A stretch of 64,000 nt of DNA from Bdellovibrionota bacterium (lineage in GTDB: Bacteria > Bdellovibrionota_C > UBA2361 > JBGSMV01), in assembly GCA_041739995.1 (NCBI GenBank), contig JBGSMV010000040.1, positions 64,001-128,000 of the forward strand. Reading direction: 5' to 3'. Positions 28,502 through 38,954 of the stretch are shown in pieces (the first letter of the stretch is position 1; the number at the start of each line of letters is the position of its first letter). The position numbers were made by a program, and so were the translations under genes. The notes under the pieces are model-generated. The model was not told the origin of the DNA, made no database searches, and was given only the letters and a program-made list of their open reading frames with translations.

Positions 28502-29047
28502 TCAACGAACCTCTGACTTAGGCTGTCCTTGCAAACCGTCGCCAAGCGAATCAGTGAGAGTAGAGAGCCTCAACTCAGGCTTCTCTTTCTCAATTCTCTG
28601 AATAATAGCTTCCAGTTTCTCTGGAGTAAGATTCTCAAAGTACGTGTCGTTAATCTCACACATTGGTGCAGTTCCGCAGGAGCCTAGACATTCAACCTCT
28701 TCGTAGCTCCATTTGCCGTCTGCACTCACTTCGTTTGGCTTAATGTGGAATCTCTTCTTCAGGTGCTCAGTCAAATGTTTAGAGCCTCTGAGCGCGCACG
28801 ACAGAGTGCGACATACTTGGAAGTGATAGGCACCAACCGGCTGCTTGTAATACATGGTGTAAAACGTAGCGACCTCTTGAACGTGCACGGGCGCCATTTC
28901 AAGCTGCTCTGACACCCACTGAATACCGCGCTGATCAATCACTCCAAGTTCTTCTTGCGCAAGATACAGCGCCGACATCACCGCCGAGTGCGGGTGCGGG
29001 TAGCGCTTCTTGATCTCAGTGAGTCGCTGAGCGGCCGCTGCTGACAT
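28502..29047 (-). CDS. nuoE: NADH-quinone oxidoreductase subunit E
   Basis: VATFYTMY, VCRTLSC, VECLGSCGTAP. An alternative GTG start at 29104 overlaps the nuoD stop. Confidence 0.95.
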   Translation of the reverse strand: MSAAAAQRLTEIKKRYPHPHSAVMSALYLAQEELGVIDQRGIQWVSEQLEMAPVHVQEVATFYTMYYKQPVGAYHFQVCRTLSCALRGSKHLTEHLKKRFHIKPNEVSADGKWSYEEVECLGSCGTAPMCEINDTYFENLTPEKLEAIIQRIEKEKPELRLSTLTDSLGDGLQGQPKSEVR

Positions 29048-29093
29048 CGATTTTTGATTCGCCGAAGAGTTACTAGCCGACGAATTTAAAGAA

Positions 29094-30425
29094 TTACCGA
29101 TCACACTCGCCCCCAATCATGTTGACCATGCCAAATATCGGCACCACATCAGCAAGGGAATGTCCCAGCAACATTTTCCGCATCACTCCCATGTGAATAA
29201 AAGATGGTGCCCTGACGTGCACACGATAGGGCCGACCACTGCCATCCGACACCGTGTAATACGCAAGCTCTCCGTTTCCGCCCTCAACCGGCAGATACAC
29301 TTCTCCGACTGGTGGTTGGACGCCCTTAATCACCACTTCAAAGTGGTTAATCATGCCGTCGATAGACCCATACACCTCGTCCTTCGGTGCGAGCATTATT
29401 TTTGGGTCGTCTACACAGATGGGGCCTTCGGGCAGCCGCTTCAACGCCTGCTCACAAATCCTCAAAGACTGCTCAATCTCAAGCAAACGCACTTGGAATC
29501 GGTCGTAGTTGTCACCCTTGGTGCCAAGCGGCACTTCGAACTCGAAGTCTTGGTATGACGAATAAGGGAAAGTTTTCCTGACGTCATAATTAACGCCAGA
29601 GGCACGGGCAATTGGACCCGTGAGGCTGTAATCAAGAGCTTCCTCACGGGTAATCACTCCGATATCACACATGCGATCAATGAAGATTCTATTCCTACTG
29701 AGCAGCCGGTCGCTGTTCCCCACGTGCAAGCGCACGCCCTCAAACGCCTTCTTGGCTCTTCCAGCAAATCCAGGCGTGAGGTCCGCGCGGAGTCCACCGA
29801 CTCGCGCATAAGATATAGTCAATCGCGCCCCAGTCACCTCTTCAATCAGTTCCCAGAGATACTCACGTGCCTGCATGCAATAGAGCATGACGGTGAATGC
29901 GCCGAGTTCCATGGCGGAAGCCCCGCAACAGGTCAGGTGATCAGAGATTCTAGAAATCTCTGACATGATTACCCGAATGTATTGGCAACGCTTAGGGACT
30001 TCGATTCCCAGTAGTTTTTCTACCGTGAGGCACCAGCCCACATTGTTAATGATTGGGGATACGTAGTTGAGGCGATCGGTGTACGGCATGACCTGATTGT
30101 AGTCCACCGTCTCGCACATCTTCTCGAAACCGCGGTGCAAGTAGCCCACCTCGACATCCGCATCGAGAATGCGCTCTCCGTCAAGCTCTGCGACGATTCG
30201 AGAAGTCCCGTGAGTCGCTGGATGAGCCGGTCCGAGGTTCAGAATCATGGTCTCAGTGTGCAGGTCGTCTCCGATGTCACGCGAACGAAGATGGGTAGTA
30301 ATACCGCCCTCTCCGTAGTCGACGTTCAGAAGATTCGGTGAAGGAATTGCACTACTCGAAGCGACCTTGGCGTGCGGGTGACTTCCGCCATTTTGACTAC
30401 CATTTTTATTCGCGTCCTTACTCAT
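29094..30425 (-). CDS. nuoD: NADH-quinone oxidoreductase subunit D
   Basis: NLGPAHPATHG, GYLHRGFEK, DRLNY, RAPSF, GECDR. Confidence 0.97.
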   Translation of the reverse strand: MSKDANKNGSQNGGSHPHAKVASSSAIPSPNLLNVDYGEGGITTHLRSRDIGDDLHTETMILNLGPAHPATHGTSRIVAELDGERILDADVEVGYLHRGFEKMCETVDYNQVMPYTDRLNYVSPIINNVGWCLTVEKLLGIEVPKRCQYIRVIMSEISRISDHLTCCGASAMELGAFTVMLYCMQAREYLWELIEEVTGARLTISYARVGGLRADLTPGFAGRAKKAFEGVRLHVGNSDRLLSRNRIFIDRMCDIGVITREEALDYSLTGPIARASGVNYDVRKTFPYSSYQDFEFEVPLGTKGDNYDRFQVRLLEIEQSLRICEQALKRLPEGPICVDDPKIMLAPKDEVYGSIDGMINHFEVVIKGVQPPVGEVYLPVEGGNGELAYYTVSDGSGRPYRVHVRAPSFIHMGVMRKMLLGHSLADVVPIFGMVNMIGGECDR

Positions 30426-31140
30426 GGCCGTGCCTTTCTTGAGACTGCCCAGATGTTGCAGGAGATGAGTTGCTTTTCACCGCGTCGCCTTTCACCGCGT
30501 CGCTACGCCGATTAATCGCAAAGAGAGGAGGTCGAATCATATCGCGTGCCGTGTTCTGAACCTCAGGCGATCGCATTGGAATGCGCGGCTGCTTGCCCTG
30601 GACGGGATAATCTTTACGGAGCGGGTGTCCGACGAATTCATCGTACATCAATATGCGTCGCAAATCGGGGTGACCGCGGAAAGTGATGCCGAGCAAGTCC
30701 CACGCTTCTCGCTCCATGAAATTTGCGCCTGAGTACAGAGAGCACAGACTGTCTATGGAAGGGTCTTTCTCAGGCAGTGACACGCGCACTCGGATGCGAT
30801 GTCCATGTGCAGTACTTAGGAAATGATAGACCGCTTCGAAGCGATCTGCGCGCGCATCGACCCAGTCCGTTCCCGTCACGCTTAAAAGCATATTGAACTG
30901 CAATTCGCTGTCCAGCTTTAGGATACGCACAAAATCGAGCAATCGATCTCTGCTCACCACCGCGACCACATCGCCAAGATCGAGGAGCAATTCCTGAAGA
31001 TTTGACCCGAACTTAGATTTCACCAAGGCATGAAGCTGTTCATGACGTTGGAGCTCTAACGGAGAAGTTCCCGGCGGTGGAGGCTTACCAGAGCTAATAT
31101 GAGGAGGAGTCGTATGGGGATCGGTCACAAACAAAACCAC
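30418..31140 (-). CDS. nuoC: NADH-quinone oxidoreductase subunit C
   Basis: EREAWDLLGITFRGHPDLRRILM...GHPLRKDYP. Confidence 0.95.
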   Translation of the reverse strand: MVLFVTDPHTTPPHISSGKPPPPGTSPLELQRHEQLHALVKSKFGSNLQELLLDLGDVVAVVSRDRLLDFVRILKLDSELQFNMLLSVTGTDWVDARADRFEAVYHFLSTAHGHRIRVRVSLPEKDPSIDSLCSLYSGANFMEREAWDLLGITFRGHPDLRRILMYDEFVGHPLRKDYPVQGKQPRIPMRSPEVQNTARDMIRPPLFAINRRSDAVKGDAVKSNSSPATSGQSQERHGHE

Positions 31141-31491
31141 ATTAAATAAATGTCTGAAAAACAGGTCGAAGTTTGCCGCGAGCTTGAATTACACCACGCA
31201 ACCAATGAAAGCGTGAGTAGCATATTTATCGAGCCTACTTGCCAATCGTTCTAGACAAAAATAGAGAGTGCTGCAATCGGAGGGATGCAAGCACGCGCAA
31301 AACACCCGGATCCGAAAGACCTAGGGTAGCCGGTATAGATGGTACGATATTGATAACGACCGCACGTCATACCATGCAGTCGATAGGCCCCATCAATGCA
31401 AATGCGGGGCGGAGCACACCTTTGATTTCAAACCGAACTTCAGGTACGAAACACCCTCGTTAAAATCTAATCTTGAGTATAGTGGTCAAGA

Positions 31492-33669
31492 ATGTCCTCA
31501 CCTCTATCAGCCAAAGAGAAAGAGATTATAGCAGCGGAGGAGAGCCTCCTGGCGGAAGTACTGTCGTCGCTCACTCAGCAGCTGTCTCGCGCCCTAGAAC
31601 GCCTTTCTATTGAGAGCGCCCGCGCCCGAGACCTTACCGCCGAGCTCGTATCCTATACCCGAGACGAAGACAAACAGATGATTGCATCGGACGAGGCCGT
31701 GGCTCACGGCCTCAGAGACCGCAAGGCCGCCGAAGTCGCGGTACTCGAGAAGCTAATCAAGAAACCCTACTTCGCTCGCCTCGTCCTCGAGGAGGACATG
31801 TCCGACGGTATTAAGCAGCTCGAATACAGGATGGGCTTCGCCGAGAACTCGGAATGTCGAATCATCGACTGGCGCAAGGCTCCGGTAGCAAAGCTCTACT
31901 ATGAATACAAAACAGGCGACGAATACAGCGAAGAGATACTAGGCAGAGAACGACTTGGCACAATCAGAGCGCGCGTTCAGGTAGAGATTGAAAAATCCCG
32001 GCTCTTAAGAGTTTCCTGCGCTGACGGAGTCTTTGAATTGCGCGCTGGCGCATGGGTCAAGCGTAGCGAACCGCTTAGAAGTCGCAGCGGTCTCTCAGCC
32101 GAAAACAACGGTGACCGCACTAACGGTGACAGCACTAACGGTGACAGCGGCTCAAGACATCTTCCTGAAATCGCGTCCATGCTCACTCCTGAGCAATTCC
32201 AGCTGGTGGCCGAAAGTGGTGACGCCGCTCTGATGATTCAAGGCATAGCCGGGTCAGGTAAAACCACTGTGGCCCTACACCGCCTGGCCTGGATGCTGGG
32301 CAAAGGCCCGATAGTCGACGGCGAAACTCTCAGCACAGAGCGATGCGCCGTCGTAGTCGCAAGCGTGCCGCTGAGAGAGTACGTCTCCCGCACCCTTCCG
32401 AACCTTGGAGTGTCAGGAGTATCGACCACTACCTTAAGAGAGTGGCTGGGGCTCACCGTAGCCAGAGTATACCCTGCCCTACTGCGCCCGGTCGCCGAAT
32501 TCCGCGAAGGCACTTCGCTTGCTGATCGCATTGGTCGACCAAAAGGCGGCACACCACTTGGAATCGAGCGCGTAAAACGCTCGCTCGCTATGCTGAAAGC
32601 GCTTGAGCGCAAGGTGTTAATGCTTTCCGAAGCACAGCGCGCGTCTGCGAATGCACGTAACTTGATTCTTGAGACTTTAAAAGATCCCGCTCAACTTCTG
32701 CCGGAAGATGAAACCAAGCTCATCGACAAAGAAACGCTTGCTCGCGCGCATGCCCACACCTCTCAAAATGAAGCTGCTGGCGTATTGGACTATGCAGATG
32801 ACGCGCTGATAGTCCGAGTCGAGCAGTTACTACACGGACGAGTATTCTTTAAGGAAGGCAAAGCAGGCCGTTACCAACACGTAGTAGCAGACGAAGTACA
32901 AGACTATAGCCCCATAGATCTGGCCTGCATCATCGGCTCGGTAGCCGACGCGCGCGGGCTGACCCTAATAGGTGACACCAACCAAAAGCTTGACGAGAGC
33001 TCGTCTTTTGCCGGCTGGGAAAAGCTACGCAAATTCTGGGCGTTCAAAGATTCCATGTCGACGTTCATGAGTCTGAACTTGAGTCAGCGCTCAACGCTGC
33101 AAATTCTAAAACTTGCAGACTACGTGCAGAACCGCCACGGCAGTCAGGCCAGTCAAGCAGTTGAGGGTCGCGTCGGACGTAAGCCAATTTGGTTTAAGTG
33201 CGGAAACGAAGAAGACGGAGTGATGTCTACGATCGACTGGATCACCCGCGGCGCTCAGAAATACCCTGGAGGCCTAAGTGCCGTGGTGTGCCGCAGTGTT
33301 GAATCTGCACGTTACGTATACCAATTACTGCAACCGACCTTTGGACCACAACTGCGGCTTGGCGACGATCAATCTTTCTCGTTCAACGAAGGAATCATTG
33401 TCACCAGCGTCAATCAGGTTAAAGGCTTAGAATTCACCAACGTTTTGCTGTGGAACCCTTCCAGCAAGGACTACCCGCGCGACGATACCCATCGCAACAT
33501 GCTCTACACTGTCATTACCCGCGCAGAAGAAAACCTGTGCATCGTCTCGTGGACCAAACCCTCAGACATACTCCCCTCTTTTGGATCACCTATCGTGCGC
33601 GGGCACGACTTGACCGTCACCGAGCCAGAGAACCCGCCGGAGAGAGACTCGCTACGCGCCGACGATTAG
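31492..33669 (+). CDS. HelD-like superfamily 1 helicase/ATPase (RNA polymerase recycling factor family)
   Basis: PYFARL, IIDWRKAPVAKLYY (HelD N-terminal signature), IQGIAGSGKTTVALHRLAW, DEVQD, KGLEF, LYTVITRA. Confidence 0.85.
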   Translation: MSSPLSAKEKEIIAAEESLLAEVLSSLTQQLSRALERLSIESARARDLTAELVSYTRDEDKQMIASDEAVAHGLRDRKAAEVAVLEKLIKKPYFARLVLEEDMSDGIKQLEYRMGFAENSECRIIDWRKAPVAKLYYEYKTGDEYSEEILGRERLGTIRARVQVEIEKSRLLRVSCADGVFELRAGAWVKRSEPLRSRSGLSAENNGDRTNGDSTNGDSGSRHLPEIASMLTPEQFQLVAESGDAALMIQGIAGSGKTTVALHRLAWMLGKGPIVDGETLSTERCAVVVASVPLREYVSRTLPNLGVSGVSTTTLREWLGLTVARVYPALLRPVAEFREGTSLADRIGRPKGGTPLGIERVKRSLAMLKALERKVLMLSEAQRASANARNLILETLKDPAQLLPEDETKLIDKETLARAHAHTSQNEAAGVLDYADDALIVRVEQLLHGRVFFKEGKAGRYQHVVADEVQDYSPIDLACIIGSVADARGLTLIGDTNQKLDESSSFAGWEKLRKFWAFKDSMSTFMSLNLSQRSTLQILKLADYVQNRHGSQASQAVEGRVGRKPIWFKCGNEEDGVMSTIDWITRGAQKYPGGLSAVVCRSVESARYVYQLLQPTFGPQLRLGDDQSFSFNEGIIVTSVNQVKGLEFTNVLLWNPSSKDYPRDDTHRNMLYTVITRAEENLCIVSWTKPSDILPSFGSPIVRGHDLTVTEPENPPERDSLRADD
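32107..32148 (+). repeat. 15-bp tandem repeat, about 3 copies (NGDRT-NGDST-NGDS), in the helicase linker
   Basis: aacggtgaccgcact aacggtgacagcact aacggtgacagc. Confidence 0.95.
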
Positions 33670-33774
33670 GAAGCATCTTGGCAGCCCCGCAAGGCGCTCA
33701 TATCCTACATCATAGGTGAGGACATCTTTCTTTGTGTTCTGAGTAGTCTCCGTGGTGAATCAGGCCGCTTATTC

Positions 33775-33805
33775 CACCACTAAGACCACCAAGACCACTA
33801 AGGGG
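33775..33805 (+). repeat. Dispersed short repeat, family B copy 1
   Basis: caccactaagaccaccaagaccactaagggg; a near-identical reverse-complement copy lies at 44607..44636. Confidence 0.75.
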
Positions 33806-33889
33806 TTCGGGCGAGAGGCCTAAGTTTTCAGCCCGATCTTCCGATACTCCATATAGCCGCAAGCGTCGCTTCGAGGAGCACTTGGTCTG

Positions 33890-34762
33890 ATGTCTTTCTT
33901 ACCAGATCTTAATTCCCTACTCGTCACCATAGTCGTGAACGCCCTGCGCCTGCTACCCGTCGTCCTGCTGCTGGTGGTGGTCGAGCGCATCGTCAATAGA
34001 AAGCGCCATGCACCTCCTCATCATGCACAGCGTAACTACTCACACTTAAGCGCACGCACTGATTTCGGGTACCTGGCACTTACCTTGTTCTACGCGCCAC
34101 TCGCCAGACACTTTGGCACCTTGGTTTTCGGAAGCTTACTTGTGTACTGGAACGCCCTGCCGGCTTGGACTTCAGGCTTAGCCGCACTTCCAGTACTGGC
34201 TCAAGTCCTGGTTCTTCTGTTCTTTAGAGATGTTCTAATCTACGTGCGCCACAGACTTTTTCATGGGCGGCGCCTCTGGCCCTTTCACGCCGTTCATCAT
34301 AGCTCAACTCAAGTGAACTGGCTTTCCACCGTGCGCTTTCACCCCGGAGAAGCACTGATAGAAGTTTCTATCAACCTACTGCTGTTTGCCGCGCTGATGC
34401 CCTCTCAGGATGCGATTCTAATTAGCGCCACAGTGATGGGCTTCTACGACTACTTCATTCATTCCGATATTCCGTTGTCTTACGGATTTTTGAACTATGT
34501 GCTGGTGAGCCCGACATTCCACCGCTGGCACCACTCAACCGACAGCAAAGCACGCGACAAGAACTTTGCCGCAATGTTCTCTTGTCTGGATCTATTAGGC
34601 GGCACTTATTACATGCCAAAAGATTGTGTACCTACCGAAACAGGGATTAAATCGCGTTCGGATATAGTGCCCGAATCACTTTGGGGACAGATGAAATACC
34701 CTTTCCTTCGACATTCGGCCAAGCGGACGCCCACCCCTGCTAAGGAAACTTTAAAAAACTAG
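33890..34762 (+). CDS. Sterol desaturase / fatty acid hydroxylase family protein
   Basis: His boxes HRLFH, HAVHHS, RFHP, FIHS, HRWHHS, plus TM segments. Confidence 0.92.
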   Translation: MSFLPDLNSLLVTIVVNALRLLPVVLLLVVVERIVNRKRHAPPHHAQRNYSHLSARTDFGYLALTLFYAPLARHFGTLVFGSLLVYWNALPAWTSGLAALPVLAQVLVLLFFRDVLIYVRHRLFHGRRLWPFHAVHHSSTQVNWLSTVRFHPGEALIEVSINLLLFAALMPSQDAILISATVMGFYDYFIHSDIPLSYGFLNYVLVSPTFHRWHHSTDSKARDKNFAAMFSCLDLLGGTYYMPKDCVPTETGIKSRSDIVPESLWGQMKYPFLRHSAKRTPTPAKETLKN

Positions 34763-34856
34763 CCCTTCATCGCCACCGTAGCTGCGTGTGGTGCTAGGTT
34801 TCCAGAATGCCGGCGTATTGCGGAAAGCCTTGGTTGTCGTTGCTGATCATTTAATA

Positions 34857-34925
34857 ACGCGGAGGACGCCGAGGTCTCGGAGAAGAGTCAATAGATCTTC
34901 TCTCCGTGACCCCCGTGTTAAAAAT
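34857..34925. repeat. Intergenic palindromic REP-like element, family A copy 2
   Basis: acgcggaggacgccgaggtctcggagaaga...atagatcttctctccgtgacccccgtgttaaaaat matches 10825..10903. Lies between convergent genes. Confidence 0.75.
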
Positions 34926-35067
34926 TCCAAGCCAGAGAGCACGCTCATCCAGGTAAGCATCGCGTGCCCATGACCTGAGTTCTCAGACCCTTCACGCCAT
35001 CTGGTTAATTTTCGTTTGCGGTAACCAGAAACCAGAAGGACAAAGAAGCTGGAACCATGGAGGTTCC

Positions 35068-36753
35068 CTAAGTAGCGAGCTTCTTGAATTTGATTCGTTT
35101 CGGTTCAACGGCTTCGGCCCCAAGGCGCAGCTTCTTATCCTCCTCGTAATCTTGGAAGTTGCCTTCCACCATTACCACCTTACTGTCCCCCTCAAAGGCT
35201 AGAATATGGGTACAGATTCTGTCTAAGAACCAACGATCATGGCTAATGACCAACACACAGCCCACGAAACGCATTAGCGCATCCTCAAGCGCTCGCAGAG
35301 TGTTCACATCCAAATCATTGGACGGCTCATCCAAGAGCAGCACGTTCCCTTCGGACTTAAGCAGCTTGGCAAGCTGCAAACGATTGCGCTCTCCGCCCGA
35401 CAAGACAGAAACTTTCTTCTGCTGATCCGATCCCGTAAAAGTAAAGCGCGCCAAATACGTTCTCGCGTTCACTTCACGTTTGCCGATTGCAATCATTTCG
35501 CTCTGATTACCGTCGCATACTTCCTCGACCACCGTTCGGCTGCCGTCCAGCGTCTCGCGGTTTTGGTCTACGTAGGCCAGCTTCACCGTGTCTCCAAGAC
35601 GCAGTTCTCCACTGTCTGGCTTTTCAGCACCCACAAGCATTTTAAACAACGTTGATTTACCTGCGCCGTTGGGGCCGATAAGACCCACAATCGCACCGCG
35701 TGGAATATTGAAGGAAAAATCGTCTATCAAAACGCGATCGCCAAAGCCCTTGGTGAGACCCTTTCCTGTAATAACCACCTCGCCAAGACGAGGGCCTGGA
35801 GGAATGTAGATTTCAACCTCTTCCATCTTCTCGGGCTGATCATCGGCGATTAACTGTTCATATGCATTGATACGCGCCTTTCCTTTGGCCTGTCTGGCAC
35901 GCGGACTCATGCGAATCCACTCAAGCTCTCGCTCAAGGGTTTTTTGGCGCTTCGTTTCCGAGCGCTCTTCTTGGGCAAGTCGCTTTTGTTTCTGCTCAAG
36001 CCACGAGGAGTAATTCCCTTCCCAAGGAATGCCATGTCCTCGGTCGAGTTCTAAAATCCAGCCGGCAATATTATCCAGAAAGTATCGATCATGGGTTACG
36101 GCCACGACGGTACCGGTAAACTGTTTAAGAAATTGCTCAAGCCACAGTACCGATTCAGCATCGAGATGGTTCGTAGGCTCGTCGAGCAACAGCATGTCTG
36201 GCTTTTGCAGCAGCAACTTACAGAGCGCCACACGCCTACGCTCTCCACCCGAAAGATGCTTCACTGCAGCGTCACCCGGTGGCAAGCGCAAGGATTCAGA
36301 AGCAAGCTCAATGGTGCGATCAAGATCCCACCCATTTTGTACGTCAATGTGTTCTTGCACTTCCGCTTGGCGCTCAAGCAGCTTTTCCATTTTATCTGGG
36401 TCAAGGCTTGGGTCTCCAAGTGCCGTTGAAATATCCTCAAACTCTTTGAGGTACCCGACTATCTCTCCGAGACCTTCGAGCACATTACCGCGCACATCCT
36501 TTTCCTCATTCAACACTGGCTCCTGAGGAAGATACCCGATGGTGACGCCGTCGGCGGGCCTGGCTTCTCCTGAGAAGTCAGATTCGAGGCCGGCCATAAT
36601 CTTGAGCAAGGTAGATTTTCCGGACCCGTTAAGTCCCAGTACCCCGATTTTGGCTCCATGAAAGAACGAAAGGCTGATATCACGAAGCACCTGCTTACTC
36701 GGCGGGTAGGTCTTCGATACTTTGTGCATTGAGAAAATGTACTTCTCGGTCAT
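35068..36753 (-). CDS. ettA: Energy-dependent translational throttle protein (ABC-F)
   Basis: LSFFHGAKIGVLGLNGSGKSTLL, LSGGERRRVALC, ELDRGHGIPWEGNYSSWLEQK, and a second ABC domain with LSGGERNR. Confidence 0.97.
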   Translation of the reverse strand: MTEKYIFSMHKVSKTYPPSKQVLRDISLSFFHGAKIGVLGLNGSGKSTLLKIMAGLESDFSGEARPADGVTIGYLPQEPVLNEEKDVRGNVLEGLGEIVGYLKEFEDISTALGDPSLDPDKMEKLLERQAEVQEHIDVQNGWDLDRTIELASESLRLPPGDAAVKHLSGGERRRVALCKLLLQKPDMLLLDEPTNHLDAESVLWLEQFLKQFTGTVVAVTHDRYFLDNIAGWILELDRGHGIPWEGNYSSWLEQKQKRLAQEERSETKRQKTLERELEWIRMSPRARQAKGKARINAYEQLIADDQPEKMEEVEIYIPPGPRLGEVVITGKGLTKGFGDRVLIDDFSFNIPRGAIVGLIGPNGAGKSTLFKMLVGAEKPDSGELRLGDTVKLAYVDQNRETLDGSRTVVEEVCDGNQSEMIAIGKREVNARTYLARFTFTGSDQQKKVSVLSGGERNRLQLAKLLKSEGNVLLLDEPSNDLDVNTLRALEDALMRFVGCVLVISHDRWFLDRICTHILAFEGDSKVVMVEGNFQDYEEDKKLRLGAEAVEPKRIKFKKLAT

Positions 36754-36886
36754 AAAAATCTCCCTTAGCGTGGAACGCCGAGCCTAGCAGAAGGCGAGAC
36801 GAACTGCGAGAAGGCCTGATATTTTGGCCGACTCAGCCGCACTTGACACCGGCAGCTCCGAAGAATTCGTTATTTTTTAGGGGAAG

Positions 36887-38839
36887 CTAAGACACAGGAA
36901 CCAACCTTCGAACCGTGGCGATGAGGTGCGCACGATCAAAGGGCTTAGATATATATTCCGTCATTCCCGCTTCAAGACAGCGCTCACGATCCCCTTCCAT
37001 GGCATGCGCGGTAAGCGCGATAATTGGAAGTGTGGCCACCTTCGAGTTCTCGCTGTCACGGATTCGGCGTGATGCCTCATATCCATCCAAGCACGGCATC
37101 TGACAATCCATAAGAATGATATCAACCGGAACCTGAGCAAGCAGGGACAGCGCGCGCAGGCCATTCTCGGCAAGCACCACTTCGAAGCCTTCTTTCTCAA
37201 GTACGCGCTGCACGATTTTTTGGTTGATGGGATTATCTTCCGCCACCAGCACCCGCAGCACCCTATCGGGGGCCGAGGGCCTGCGAATCAATCGAACACC
37301 AGACTCACTGCGCGGGAGCGCGCCTTGCAGCTTAGCTTTTGCGACCTCAGCTTCCGAGGCAACAGACAACGGAAGCTTCAAACAGAAAGTACTGCCCTGT
37401 CCGACCTTGCTCTCCAGGGAGATTAATCCTCCCATTAAGGCCGCCAGGTTGGCCGAAATCGTCAACCCGAGACCTGTTCCCCCGTAGGTTCGCGTAACGG
37501 AGCTATCAGCCTGCACAAAAGCGTCAAAAATTCTTAGCTGCTGATCCCCAGGAATGCCGACGCCTGAATCAACCACTTCAAAAGAAAACATAGCGATATT
37601 TTGCTGCGGCATGTCGCTGGAGATCTTCAAGCTTATCCTTCCGCCCTCAGGGGTAAACTTGAGAGCATTGCTGATGAGATTATTGAGAATCTGCCCAAGG
37701 CGATGGACATCTCCCACCACAAATCGTGGCGCCCTTTCGTCGATCTCAATCGACAACTTCACACCACGCTGTTGAGCACTGGCTCCGAACAGACGAAAGA
37801 GCTTCTCGCAGGCCTCTTGGTTATCAAAGCACCCGTATTCTAGAATAATCTTGCCGGCTTCCATTTTTGAATGGTCAAGAATGTCGTTCACTAAATGTAA
37901 CAGATGCTCGGCAGATTCTTTGACTGTAGATAATGCCTCTCGTTGCTCACTATCCATCACCTGATCAAGTGCCAGCGTAGTCATTCCAATAATTCCGTTC
38001 ACCGGAGTTCGAACCTCGTGACTCATTTTTGCCAAGAACTCGCCCTTAGCGACTGTGGCTCTTTGCGCATCAGCCAGGGCAGCATCAAGCTCGTTATTCT
38101 TCGCGGCAAGCGCCACCTGCTGCTTGGATAGCTGCGTAGTAAGCGCTTCGCGACTCAAGCGGAACCGAATCGACTCGCGAAAAAGTGCGTGGATATTGCA
38201 GCCTGCACGGCTTAAGAACATCAAATAGACTAGAACGATCACCGAAGTTTCAACCCAACCAGTTGGCTGAGCGATCAACAAGACAGACGCCACTGATAGG
38301 AGAATCGGTGCGGCTACGAGAAAGAAAGAACTTAGAACATATGCGGTAGTTCCTAGGGCGCCCGCAGGAATTCCCGCGAGCAGAAACGCTAGATATAACT
38401 GACTGCCATCTGCCGGTTCCCACATTACGACGATCGGAAATGCTCCCCATAACAAACCAGAGAGCGACGAGAACAGCACCGCACGCCGCAACAATTCCCC
38501 AAATAGCCCCCATGCTTCCTCAGAGGGAGCACCCGGGGACGACATGCTCGCAAGGGCCTGGCTCTCCGCCGCGGTACGGCTAACGGCCAGGCGAAATAGG
38601 CATGTCGCGTACATCAGGGAAGCCCAAACGATAAACGGAAATCTCTGTGGTCCGGCCAGAGCAATCGGAGCTACCAATGTGGCGAGGACGAGATTGCCAA
38701 GAATCGAGAGTGGAATATTTGCCAGCAAGCTGCGGCACAGTTCGAAATAAACTGCCGCCTCCCGTTCAGGAAGTACGCGGAAACCAAACCGCAATAATTT
38801 GAACTCCTCACGGAGCGTAGTGCGCACAGAAGCCATCAC
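36887..38839 (-). CDS. Membrane-bound hybrid sensor histidine kinase / response regulator
   Basis: Several TM helices, MSHEVRTP H-box, NALKFT, DSGVGI, GGTGLGL, and a receiver domain (VAEDN...MDCQMP...SKP). Confidence 0.95.
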   Translation of the reverse strand: MMASVRTTLREEFKLLRFGFRVLPEREAAVYFELCRSLLANIPLSILGNLVLATLVAPIALAGPQRFPFIVWASLMYATCLFRLAVSRTAAESQALASMSSPGAPSEEAWGLFGELLRRAVLFSSLSGLLWGAFPIVVMWEPADGSQLYLAFLLAGIPAGALGTTAYVLSSFFLVAAPILLSVASVLLIAQPTGWVETSVIVLVYLMFLSRAGCNIHALFRESIRFRLSREALTTQLSKQQVALAAKNNELDAALADAQRATVAKGEFLAKMSHEVRTPVNGIIGMTTLALDQVMDSEQREALSTVKESAEHLLHLVNDILDHSKMEAGKIILEYGCFDNQEACEKLFRLFGASAQQRGVKLSIEIDERAPRFVVGDVHRLGQILNNLISNALKFTPEGGRISLKISSDMPQQNIAMFSFEVVDSGVGIPGDQQLRIFDAFVQADSSVTRTYGGTGLGLTISANLAALMGGLISLESKVGQGSTFCLKLPLSVASEAEVAKAKLQGALPRSESGVRLIRRPSAPDRVLRVLVAEDNPINQKIVQRVLEKEGFEVVLAENGLRALSLLAQVPVDIILMDCQMPCLDGYEASRRIRDSENSKVATLPIIALTAHAMEGDRERCLEAGMTEYISKPFDRAHLIATVRRLVPVS

Positions 38840-38954
38840 CGATTGGTATCGGCGAAACTCGCAGAAGAATTGACCTCTGATTAATGGCGAATAACGCCTG
38901 GCGATTCAATCTGTTAGGTGCCCGAAGCAGCGAAGAGGCCGCCGAGCGGGAGTT

